Below, one piece after another: positions 41,908 through 50,088 of a DNA stretch of 63,105 nucleotides. The position numbers and the translations under genes are program-made. Origin of the DNA: Candidatus Coprovivens sp. (GTDB lineage Bacteria > Bacillota_I > Bacilli_A > RF39 > UBA660). The DNA lies in the NCBI GenBank assembly GCA_051886175.1, contig JBJEXV010000003.1:1-63105 (forward strand), given 5' to 3'. Position 1 is the first letter of the stretch. Each line of letters opens with the position of its first letter. The notes below the pieces were generated by a model, which saw only the letters and a list, made by a program, of their open reading frames with translations, was not told where the DNA came from and did not search any database.

Positions 41908-41953
41908 CCACTTCTACACTATATATTATAGGTGGATTTGCTATTTCCTTTTT
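41908..41953 (-). repeat. Conserved ~45-bp intergenic element, copy 3 (upstream of the RelE-like promoter)
   Basis: Minus strand AAAAAGGAAAT-N11-CTATAATATATAGTGTAGAAGTGG. Confidence 0.7.
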
Positions 41954-41954
41954 A

Positions 41955-41984
41955 CAAAACAAAAAACATACTAAAAAGTATGTC
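41955..41984 (-). terminator. Rho-independent terminator after the Panacea-antitoxin gene
   Basis: Stem ACATACT/AGTATGT followed by TTTTTT on the minus strand, immediately after the stop at 41985. Confidence 0.6.
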
Positions 41985-42995
41985 TTATTTTGTTTCTAAA
42001 TTTAATTGTGCTCTTTCAAATAAATCAGTACTGTACTCTTTTAAGTCATCTATTTTATTTATATTATATTTTTTTATAATTTCATTCACGTAAAAATCAA
42101 TATCTTTTAAATCAATAATTCTATTAGAAGATTCATCTTCTTCTAATCCTTCACGAGCCATTTGCCATGGCTTAGTTAAGTGAGTCATTTCTCTTAGTAC
42201 TCTAGCACTATAACATCCAAAATATTTAATAATAGAATCTAAGTATTGTTTTTCATCTTCTTCTAATGTAAATTCATGTTCTTTTAATAATTCATTATAG
42301 TTAATAGTATTATTTTTATAATATGAAAAGCAGTCGTATATGTCTCTATATACAGGGCCATATTTCCATGCTTCTGCCGGTACTAAGAATAAATTTTTAT
42401 TTAGAAATTTTTCACTAAAGCATTGTGCAAAGTATAATATTTTTTGTAATGCTAATGGTGTTGTATCTTCAAGTTCTTTTACTATATATAGAGCACTATC
42501 ATATAGTTTAGAATTATCTTTATTCATTTGTAACTGTTTAGTTTTACCTAATGATTTTTTAAATGCTACTTCTGTTATTTTATCTTTATTACCTAGTAAA
42601 AATAGTTCATATAAATGTGGATCTTTATTTATATTTTTTAATAATTCTGAATTTTCTTTAGTTGGGTTTTGACCATCTAAGTATCTAGTAATAGTTATTT
42701 CACCTAATCCAAGTAATAATGATAATGGCTTTTTACCAATGTTATATTTTTCAATTATTTCTTCTATTTCTGAAATAGTTACTGTACCATATGCTTTTCT
42801 TATTTCGTTGTTAGCAGTTAAAACATTATAATCATTTAAATCATCATAAAATTCGTTATTACATTCATTACATACATAGTATTTTTCTAAAAATTCGAAT
42901 TTTTTATTATCGTAAAAAAATGTTTTTATTCGTTCATTGTATTTACAGTCAACATCTTTAAAACAATGTTCACAAAATTTTTTATATTTTTTCAT
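41985..42995 (-). CDS. Antitoxin-like protein: MqsA-type zinc ribbon + HTH + Panacea (DUF4065) domain
   Basis: CxxC...CxxC (CEHC...CNEC), HTH (KKPLSLLLGLGEITITRYLDG), and Panacea-like ALQKILYFAQCF...AWKYGPVYRDIY. Start set at 42995 (ATG behind AGGGTG). Confidence 0.6.
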   Translation of the reverse strand: MKKYKKFCEHCFKDVDCKYNERIKTFFYDNKKFEFLEKYYVCNECNNEFYDDLNDYNVLTANNEIRKAYGTVTISEIEEIIEKYNIGKKPLSLLLGLGEITITRYLDGQNPTKENSELLKNINKDPHLYELFLLGNKDKITEVAFKKSLGKTKQLQMNKDNSKLYDSALYIVKELEDTTPLALQKILYFAQCFSEKFLNKNLFLVPAEAWKYGPVYRDIYDCFSYYKNNTINYNELLKEHEFTLEEDEKQYLDSIIKYFGCYSARVLREMTHLTKPWQMAREGLEEDESSNRIIDLKDIDFYVNEIIKKYNINKIDDLKEYSTDLFERAQLNLETK

Positions 42996-43018
42996 GTATT
43001 TCACCCTATTCCTTATTT

Positions 43019-43396
43019 TTAGAAGCTATGCTTAGCATCATGAAAAGATATTACTATTATAGTCTTACCTTTTTCATTAATGCTAAGCTTTATATATAAC
43101 GTCTCATTAACTTCTTTTGGTGTAGCGTCAGTAAGCGTTACATCCTTTGAAAAGACATATAAATTTTCTTTAGGAAAATTTGTATTTCTATTCAAAGTAA
43201 TTTCTTCTAAATTATCAATTGTCAGTTCACCAAGTATACGTCTAACATATTCATCTGTTATACTGTATAGATATCGAAAGACACAGTTTTTGTCGTTTTC
43301 CCAACAAATTTTTAGCCTGGTTTTCTTGTCTTTCAATAATCTTGATAACGATTTCAATGCAGCAGTACCTTTAGCTTTATCTTCGCTGCTTAACAT
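43019..43396 (-). CDS. MqsR-like (RelE-superfamily) toxin
   Basis: 125 aa from the ATG at 43396 (RBS GGAAAGGAG). The C-terminus ...LYIKLSINEKGKTIIVISFHDAK parallels E. coli MqsR ...VYLKFTVIHDVLIVSFKEK. It sits directly upstream of the MqsA-like gene. Confidence 0.5.
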   Translation of the reverse strand: MLSSEDKAKGTAALKSLSRLLKDKKTRLKICWENDKNCVFRYLYSITDEYVRRILGELTIDNLEEITLNRNTNFPKENLYVFSKDVTLTDATPKEVNETLYIKLSINEKGKTIIVISFHDAKHSF

Positions 43397-43442
43397 ATTT
43401 CTCCTTTCCACCCTTTTCGGGACCTTCTTTTCTACAACTTTT

Positions 43443-43494
43443 ATTATACGCTTATTTGTTCAGGAGTCAACACTTTTTAGTATCATTGATACTA
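43443..43494 (-). promoter_or_regulatory. Promoter plus a 17-bp palindrome (candidate operator) of the MqsR-like/Panacea pair
   Basis: Minus strand TTGACT-16 nt-TATAAT (43443-43470). The palindrome TAGTATCA-T-TGATACTA (43478-43494) lies just upstream of the -35. Confidence 0.55.
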
Positions 43495-43506
43495 TTTTTA
43501 TTTTTT

Positions 43507-43550
43507 CCTCCTACTATATATGTTATAGATGGAAAAGAGATTTACTTTTT
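43507..43550 (-). repeat. Conserved ~45-bp intergenic element, copy 4 (upstream of the MqsR-like promoter)
   Basis: Minus strand AAAAAGTAAAT-N11-CTATAACATATATAGTAGGAGG. Confidence 0.65.
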
Positions 43551-43629
43551 AAAGTTTCAGCTTTGAACCTTAAAATTAGATTTATGGTCGAAAATTTCGA
43601 CCTCAAATTATAAACCAAAAAGACGATTA

Positions 43630-44043
43630 TTAATCTATGTCTTCATAGTAATAATCGTCTTCTTCTAATTCTTCCTCTTCAAATTGGTATGGTTCATACA
43701 TTCCTTGAAGTGGATCTGGTTGTGGTTCGGGTTCGTCTTCTAAAAACCAAAGTTCCTTTTCTTCATAATCATCTAATTGACAATCTTCTATTTCGTCTAC
43801 AAAATCGTCTACTATAGTTTCTAATTCGTCTATATCATCTTGCATTCTATCTAGTATAACTTCATTTAAAGTATCTCTATTATATTTTTTATATTCTGTT
43901 ATGACCACTTCATATTGAAGTATATATGAAAAATCATCAGCTATGTCTTTTTTATTTTGAAATGATTTATATGCCATTTTAGCATCTCTTATATATCTTT
44001 CCATTTCTTTTAAATTGTTTTCAAATTGTATTTTATAGTTCAT
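43630..44043 (-). CDS. Small, highly acidic hypothetical protein
   Basis: 137 aa. The C-terminal half is dominated by D/E (DDFVDEIEDCQLDDYEEKE...EEEELEEDDYYYEDID). A 12-bp hairpin overlaps its 3' end. Confidence 0.55.
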   Translation of the reverse strand: MNYKIQFENNLKEMERYIRDAKMAYKSFQNKKDIADDFSYILQYEVVITEYKKYNRDTLNEVILDRMQDDIDELETIVDDFVDEIEDCQLDDYEEKELWFLEDEPEPQPDPLQGMYEPYQFEEEELEEDDYYYEDID

Positions 44044-44053
44044 ATGATACCTC

Positions 44054-44596
44054 TTATTTTTGTATTGGTTTATCTAAGCTATTTATGTAATTGTTAAACT
44101 CTTTAAATGATAAGTTTGGTTCTACTGTATGGAATTCAGTTACTGGACGAGGTTGGCCTTCGGCCATTTCTATGTATACTTGGTTTATTTTATTAATTGC
44201 ATCATTCTCCGATTCAAATTCATATATACCTACTCTTTCCCAGTTAGGATGTTCTATTTGGTATACTTTATCTCCTATGTAATATAGTAAGAAACAATGC
44301 ATGTGTTCATCTGCATCTGGATCATTGAAGTCTTCGCCTTCATATAATCTAGTGCAGAACATTTTTGTTGGTATGTTTATTTCTCTTAGTAGATAGTTCA
44401 TTAAGAATACTTGTTCTATACAAGTACCTATACCATGTTGTAGAGTTTCTTCTAATGAAGAAGTTCTATATAATGTTCTAAATCCTTTCATATTACCAAT
44501 ATGTTCTTCATTGTTTTGATCTAACCAACCATATTTAATATGAGATTTCATGAATTCTAGAACATCTTGTGGTGTTTTAATATCTTTCATTTCCAT
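44054..44596 (-). CDS. Transglutaminase-like (papain-fold) domain protein
   Basis: Candidate Cys-His-Asp/Glu pattern: GIGTCIEQVFLMNYLLR ... EHMHCFLLYY ... YQIEH. Assigned by eye. Confidence 0.4.
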   Translation of the reverse strand: MEMKDIKTPQDVLEFMKSHIKYGWLDQNNEEHIGNMKGFRTLYRTSSLEETLQHGIGTCIEQVFLMNYLLREINIPTKMFCTRLYEGEDFNDPDADEHMHCFLLYYIGDKVYQIEHPNWERVGIYEFESENDAINKINQVYIEMAEGQPRPVTEFHTVEPNLSFKEFNNYINSLDKPIQK

Positions 44597-44627
44597 AAGT
44601 ATCTTCCCTTTACTTCTTTTATTATAA

Positions 44628-44656
44628 TAAAAATGCTAGAATGTGTCCATTCTAGC
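44628..44656 (-). terminator. Rho-independent terminator after the GH13 gene
   Basis: Stem GCTAGAATG/CATTCTAGC (44635-44656) followed by ATTTTTATT on the minus strand. Confidence 0.7.
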
Positions 44657-46528
44657 TTATTTCTTTATTGCTATAGCTCCGTATGGGCCCACTGAACCAG
44701 GGCAACTTTTCTTAAGTGTATAAACTTGAGAAGAATGTTGGTATTCTTCTGGTACTATAAATAATTGTTCTTGTGGTGTTCTATTAACTACTACGAATGT
44801 TTTTTCTTCTCCATTTGTTCTTTCAAAGGCCATATAGTTAACATTTATATCATGTACTTTTAAATCAGCTTCTTCCATAAATGGTTGTTCTTTTCTTACT
44901 TGGCCCATTTTTCTAAAGAATTCTAGTAGTTCTTTATCTCCACCATCCCACGGGAATGGTTGACGATTATTTAAGTTACCAATACCTTGTACTCCTACTT
45001 CATCACCATAGAATACTGATAGTATTCCTGGCATGAATGTTAAGCTAAATACATAGGCCATGTATATTTCTTTTGCTCTATCATATTCTTCTTGAGTCAT
45101 GTTATATTTTTTACAGAATTCATGGGAATCATTAATTAGATTCCATGGCCAGCCATAGTCATTTTTAAATATTCTTGAATCCCAAAGGTTAATTCCTCTT
45201 GTCATATCGTGTGTTGAAGTAAAGTTCATACCAGCATTGATTGCATCAGCTGGATATAAGTTTCTTATTTCTCTAATACGATTAGCTAATCCAGTTACAT
45301 CACCATATCTAAAGTATTTTATTAATGGTCCGATAAAATAATAATTCATTACTGAATCCATACCTGTTCCTTTTTTAAGGTATTGTCTATTATCTTTAGT
45401 CATTGGGTTTTCCCATACTTCACCTAATATGAATCCATCTTCTTTATTTCTTTTAACTGCCACTCTTATCATATCGATAAAGTCATCTGTTAGTTCATCT
45501 GCTACATCTAGTCTTAATCCATCGATACCTAGTTTAAACCACTGATCAATAATACCACCTTCACCTAGTATGTATTGTTGCCATTCAGGTGAGTAACCAT
45601 TGCATACTGGTAATGTATCGAATCCCCACCAGTAGTCGAATTCCATTTTGCCGGTATTAAAGTCATAATGTTTGCGATAGAAGTTTGTATATTTTGATTC
45701 TTCACTTTGATATGCTCCTACTTCAGGGAAGGCATTATATTTATTAAAGTATTTACTATCACTACCTGTATGATTGAATACTGCATCTAGTACTACTTTC
45801 ATTCCACGTTTATGTGCTTCATCGCATAATGCTTTTAAATCTTCATTAGTTCCGGCATATGGGTCGACTGTTTCGTAATCTGAAGCATCATAACGATGTG
45901 TTGATTGTGAATAAACTATTGGACTTAAGTATAGTATTGATACTCCTAAAGATTCTATGTAATCTAGTTTTTCAATGATACCTTTTAAGTCTCCACCATA
46001 GAAGTCATTATTCCAAATACCTTCTTCATCGCCACCAATTACAACTGGTTCATCCCATGATTTGTGGATATGTCTTCTAGGCATTGGTTGCATTGGTTCA
46101 GTACTACCACGATTAAATCTATCAACAAAGATGTGATACATCATTTTGCCTTTAGCCCAATCTGGTACTTTATAGTTAACACTCATCTTCCACATCTCAT
46201 CTTGAATGATACGATGCGGTTCGATTTTTTCTTCTTTTTTTACTAATTTAAGTTGGTTATTTATTAAACAAGAGAAATAATAACGATATATAGCTCTTGT
46301 TTCTAATTCTATTTCTTTTTCAAAGTAAACTATACCATTTTCATTTTTTACATGATCTAATCTAAAGTATAGTGTTTCTCTTCCTTTTTCTACAACAAAG
46401 TTCATATGTTCTATCCATCCTGCAGACATAGGAACTTGTATTTGTATTTTATATTTTTTACCATTAGCTGTTTTATCTAATGGTAAGATATTAAAAGATA
46501 TATTATCTTGTCTATTATTTACTGTCAT
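44657..46528 (-). CDS. Glycoside hydrolase family 13 enzyme (neopullulanase/cyclomaltodextrinase-like alpha-glycosidase)
   Basis: GH13 conserved regions DAVFNHTG, GIDGLRLDVADEL, ILGEVWE and FTSTHDM. Confidence 0.85.
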   Translation of the reverse strand: MTVNNRQDNISFNILPLDKTANGKKYKIQIQVPMSAGWIEHMNFVVEKGRETLYFRLDHVKNENGIVYFEKEIELETRAIYRYYFSCLINNQLKLVKKEEKIEPHRIIQDEMWKMSVNYKVPDWAKGKMMYHIFVDRFNRGSTEPMQPMPRRHIHKSWDEPVVIGGDEEGIWNNDFYGGDLKGIIEKLDYIESLGVSILYLSPIVYSQSTHRYDASDYETVDPYAGTNEDLKALCDEAHKRGMKVVLDAVFNHTGSDSKYFNKYNAFPEVGAYQSEESKYTNFYRKHYDFNTGKMEFDYWWGFDTLPVCNGYSPEWQQYILGEGGIIDQWFKLGIDGLRLDVADELTDDFIDMIRVAVKRNKEDGFILGEVWENPMTKDNRQYLKKGTGMDSVMNYYFIGPLIKYFRYGDVTGLANRIREIRNLYPADAINAGMNFTSTHDMTRGINLWDSRIFKNDYGWPWNLINDSHEFCKKYNMTQEEYDRAKEIYMAYVFSLTFMPGILSVFYGDEVGVQGIGNLNNRQPFPWDGGDKELLEFFRKMGQVRKEQPFMEEADLKVHDINVNYMAFERTNGEEKTFVVVNRTPQEQLFIVPEEYQHSSQVYTLKKSCPGSVGPYGAIAIKK

Positions 46529-46607
46529 ATTTACCTCTTATCTTCTTAATATTAGAATATCAAATATAGGTAGATTAAAGCAATAAAAAAAGAGTTATAA
46601 ATAACTC

Positions 46608-47498
46608 TTATATTTTATGTGATTTTAATTTTTCTTTATCTTCTTTATAATCTAAAATATCATTTTTTATATTGAATACTAATAATCTAAGATATTTTTT
46701 ATTATCTTTTAAGTAACAATATTCTTCATAAACTGATTCATTCCATTCTCTTATGAATGGTTTATATTTCATTTGTTTAAGTTTAGTACATATTTTATTT
46801 AGTAATTCTAGTTCTTGATTAGAAAAGAATTCTTCTTGAAATTTATGTATTTTAAATTTATCAAAACAATTGAATACATCATTTATTACTTCACCAAATT
46901 CATGAGAATGGAAGTGATCATAATAGTTTTCTCTATTAGGTCCACCATATTGGTAATAGAAGTTGTTTTGATATACTTCTTCTAATGCGTATGTAATATT
47001 TTGATAATATTGTCCACATGATACAAAGTAATGATGTTTAAATTCTTTAGAATATATTTTTTTAGGCCATCTAATATCTTTGTATTTTTTAGATATTTTT
47101 TGTTCATATAGCATTGTTTTTAGATTAGGTAAATCTCTTAATCTAAATTTATATTTATATGAATATGGTCCTTCATATGTATACATATTATTTATTAAGT
47201 TTTTTTGTAGTTTATTAATATATGATAATTCATCTTTACTATATTCATCATAATATTTTTTAGAGATTTTAAATTTTTTAGGATGTAATAGTAGTTGTTC
47301 TATGACATTTGTTAGATTATGAACTATTTTTTCTTTATTATTTATTTCTATATGATATGTTAGTTCATAATCTACAAAGTCTTTAAATAGTTCATTTAGT
47401 TCATAATATTTTTTATCATTATAAATATAATATGTATAGTTTTCTTTTTTGTCCCATAAGCAATATGGTACTGTTATATTCTTATATTTTCTTTTCAT
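46608..47498 (-). CDS. Hypothetical protein (Y/K-rich)
   Basis: Long ORF. Start set at the ATG at 47498 behind AGGTG. No motif recognised. Confidence 0.5.
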   Translation of the reverse strand: MKRKYKNITVPYCLWDKKENYTYYIYNDKKYYELNELFKDFVDYELTYHIEINNKEKIVHNLTNVIEQLLLHPKKFKISKKYYDEYSKDELSYINKLQKNLINNMYTYEGPYSYKYKFRLRDLPNLKTMLYEQKISKKYKDIRWPKKIYSKEFKHHYFVSCGQYYQNITYALEEVYQNNFYYQYGGPNRENYYDHFHSHEFGEVINDVFNCFDKFKIHKFQEEFFSNQELELLNKICTKLKQMKYKPFIREWNESVYEEYCYLKDNKKYLRLLVFNIKNDILDYKEDKEKLKSHKI

Positions 47499-47516
47499 AG
47501 TATTCACCTACTTAGA

Positions 47517-48698
47517 TTATATCATTTTTTTAATAAAGGAATCATTGGCTACGCATTTGTTAGCAGCGCAAGCGAATTTGTTTTTGTATACTTGAGCTTT
47601 TCTAGCAATATCGTTAATGTCTTCTGTAGTGAAGAATGTACTATATTCACTTTGTAATGTATTCCATATTTTGTTATATGAACTTATTAATGCTCTTACT
47701 TCTTGTTCTGTTAAGATACCTATTGATTGTAAGTAAGAAGTTCTTGCATTAACGAAGTTTGATACTTCTGTCATAAATAGTTTTACTACTTTTTTCATTT
47801 CATCAGTAAATACTCTAGTTCTTAAATATTCAGTAAATATTTTATCCATTTTTATCATTAATCTTTCGTATTTACCTCTACCCATTATTTGATCATATTC
47901 TTCTTCAATTGCTAATGGATTGTGAAGTAAGTTATGTAAGTATGAGTTAGTTAATACGGTATGACCATTTGCTAATGTTACTTTACAATCGAATATTGAA
48001 CCACCATTTTGGAAGGTTGCATCATATCCTACTTTAGCACTATTAGCAAATGCTGCTATCCATAATCTAGTTAATGATGTAAATAAGGAATATCCTGTAC
48101 TAGAGTCATTCCATTTATCGTATCTTTCTTTAAATACTGTATCTAGTGTGGTACCATTTTTACGATAATAATTCATATTAGCAATAAGGGAACCAGATGT
48201 AAGTATGTCTACTGTTGTTTCCATAGTCATTTTACCTATTGTTCTAGTTTGGTTATGGTTATATTCATCCATTTCATATATATAACCACCAAATGGTATT
48301 TTTATTACTGGTCTTCCTTCTACATCGAATGTATATTTCTTTTTACCTTGTGTACCTAAGTAATTGAAGTAATTTATTATTGCATGCCAAAGTTCATGGG
48401 CATATTCATGGACTGTATATAAATCTTGATCTGGTCTATCTGCTCTAAATGAGTACATTTCAATATCACATCTACCATCTGATCTACTCATACACATACC
48501 AGGTTCTCTTACTGATACCCATCTTCCTTTTTGACCATATGGTAAAACAACTAGTGAGTTAATGTTATTTAATAATGCATTTTTATATTTGTTTATTTTG
48601 GCTAGATTGTTTTTACCACATAGTAAGTGTAAGTTGTTATCTGTTACTCTATTAATTGTATCGATATCTCTTTGTTGTGTTACATTAATCTTTGACAT
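47517..48698 (-). CDS. Hypothetical protein with an HExxH motif (possible zinc peptidase)
   Basis: Start at 48698 (MSKINV) behind AAGAGGGG. The motif VHEYAHELWH is the only recognisable feature. Confidence 0.45.
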   Translation of the reverse strand: MSKINVTQQRDIDTINRVTDNNLHLLCGKNNLAKINKYKNALLNNINSLVVLPYGQKGRWVSVREPGMCMSRSDGRCDIEMYSFRADRPDQDLYTVHEYAHELWHAIINYFNYLGTQGKKKYTFDVEGRPVIKIPFGGYIYEMDEYNHNQTRTIGKMTMETTVDILTSGSLIANMNYYRKNGTTLDTVFKERYDKWNDSSTGYSLFTSLTRLWIAAFANSAKVGYDATFQNGGSIFDCKVTLANGHTVLTNSYLHNLLHNPLAIEEEYDQIMGRGKYERLMIKMDKIFTEYLRTRVFTDEMKKVVKLFMTEVSNFVNARTSYLQSIGILTEQEVRALISSYNKIWNTLQSEYSTFFTTEDINDIARKAQVYKNKFACAANKCVANDSFIKKMI

Positions 48699-48771
48699 AA
48701 TAAAAACCCCTCTTTTATTGGGGTTTATTATAAATTTTTTTGTCAATTTTAGCAAATTTTACTATGTTTTT

Positions 48772-49644
48772 TTAAGTTCTTTTTAGATGTTGAATTAGGT
48801 CTTCATTATAGTAAATTGTAATACCATTTGGTATTAATTCTATATCAAATTCATTATCTTCTAGTTTTTCACCATCTATATTACATGTAATTTTAGTTGG
48901 TGATTTAATTAATATTTTATCAGTAGTTATCTTTTCTAATCTTTTTGAGTTTTCATGTTTACCTTTTTTCATTGATAGAATTAGTTTTATCATCGATAGT
49001 TTATTTAGTTTAGGTACTAGATATACTTCAAATTTACCATCATTTAAGTTACTTGATGGACCAATGTTATAACCACCACCATAGTAATCGCCGTTACATA
49101 TAGCAATTGTTGTAAAATATCTATTTATTTCTTTATTTTCTACTTTAACTTCAAAGTTACGACATTTATATTTAAAGAATGTATATAGTAGTGCTAGTGT
49201 GTATTTAGAACTTTTAGTTATCCAACTTGCTTTAATCATATTTTTATTATTTGCTACATCAGCATCTATACCAAAGCAAGCTGTATTAATAAAGTATTTG
49301 TTATTTATTCTTATTACATCACATTTGTTATTACCTATTTTAAATTGTTTTTCTACTGTTTTATAAAAGTCATTACCTGTTCCATATGGTATGAAACTTA
49401 GAATATTTTTTGTATTAATAATTTTATTTAATGATCTATTAATGATACCATCACCACCAATAGCATGAATAATATATTTAGTATCTTGATATTTATCTAA
49501 GATATCTTCTGTTTCTATTCCATTACCATTTACTTCTATTTCATAATTAATTTTGTTTAATTTACAATATTCATTTATTTTTTCTTTTAAGTTATCTAGG
49601 TCATCTTTTACTGTATAATTATTAATTAAAAATATATGTTTCAT
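48772..49644 (-). CDS. Diacylglycerol/lipid kinase family protein (DagK/YegS-like)
   Basis: AIGGDGIINRSLN and IPYGTGNDF motifs. Start at 49644 (MKHIFLINN) behind AAGAGG. Confidence 0.7.
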   Translation of the reverse strand: MKHIFLINNYTVKDDLDNLKEKINEYCKLNKINYEIEVNGNGIETEDILDKYQDTKYIIHAIGGDGIINRSLNKIINTKNILSFIPYGTGNDFYKTVEKQFKIGNNKCDVIRINNKYFINTACFGIDADVANNKNMIKASWITKSSKYTLALLYTFFKYKCRNFEVKVENKEINRYFTTIAICNGDYYGGGYNIGPSSNLNDGKFEVYLVPKLNKLSMIKLILSMKKGKHENSKRLEKITTDKILIKSPTKITCNIDGEKLEDNEFDIELIPNGITIYYNEDLIQHLKRT

Positions 49645-49693
49645 AGTACTACCTCTTAAGTAGATTATATCATATAAAAAAAAGAAGCGGATT

Positions 49694-50086
49694 TTATTCC
49701 TCTTCTTCATTATCTAAATACTTAGCATTAGTAAATGTTCTTGTTTCTTTATCAAATTTTAGGACTAATGTATCTTTAGTATGTTTAATTACTTTTATTT
49801 TTTCATTAGGTCCATAACAATTTAATGTTATTGTTTTTGATTTAGGATTGTAAGTATAAGTTTCACACATATCTGCATTATCTACTGGATTTCCACAAGA
49901 ACACCAGTATGAGAATTCACCTTCACTACTGAATGATAGATGTTCTTCATCAGAATCATATCTTATCCAGCTTTGGTTAGCGAATGGTGGGATAGAGTTT
50001 TTACTCGTTTTAGCAAGGGATGCTATTACAATACCTGTTGTAAGTACTAATACTAATATTAATGTCATTATTATTGCTTTTTTCAT
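49694..50086 (-). CDS. Small exported protein
   Basis: 130 aa with an N-terminal signal/anchor (AIIMTLILVLVLTTGIVIASLA) and four Cys in the mature part. Confidence 0.5.
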   Translation of the reverse strand: MKKAIIMTLILVLVLTTGIVIASLAKTSKNSIPPFANQSWIRYDSDEEHLSFSSEGEFSYWCSCGNPVDNADMCETYTYNPKSKTITLNCYGPNEKIKVIKHTKDTLVLKFDKETRTFTNAKYLDNEEEE

Positions 50087-50088
50087 TA

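Noticed and set aside
25411-44656. Calling the island an ICE or prophage
   Set aside because: No integrase or recombinase, relaxase, type IV secretion, capsid, terminase or att-like direct repeats were recognisable. Only accessory 'cargo-type' genes are present.
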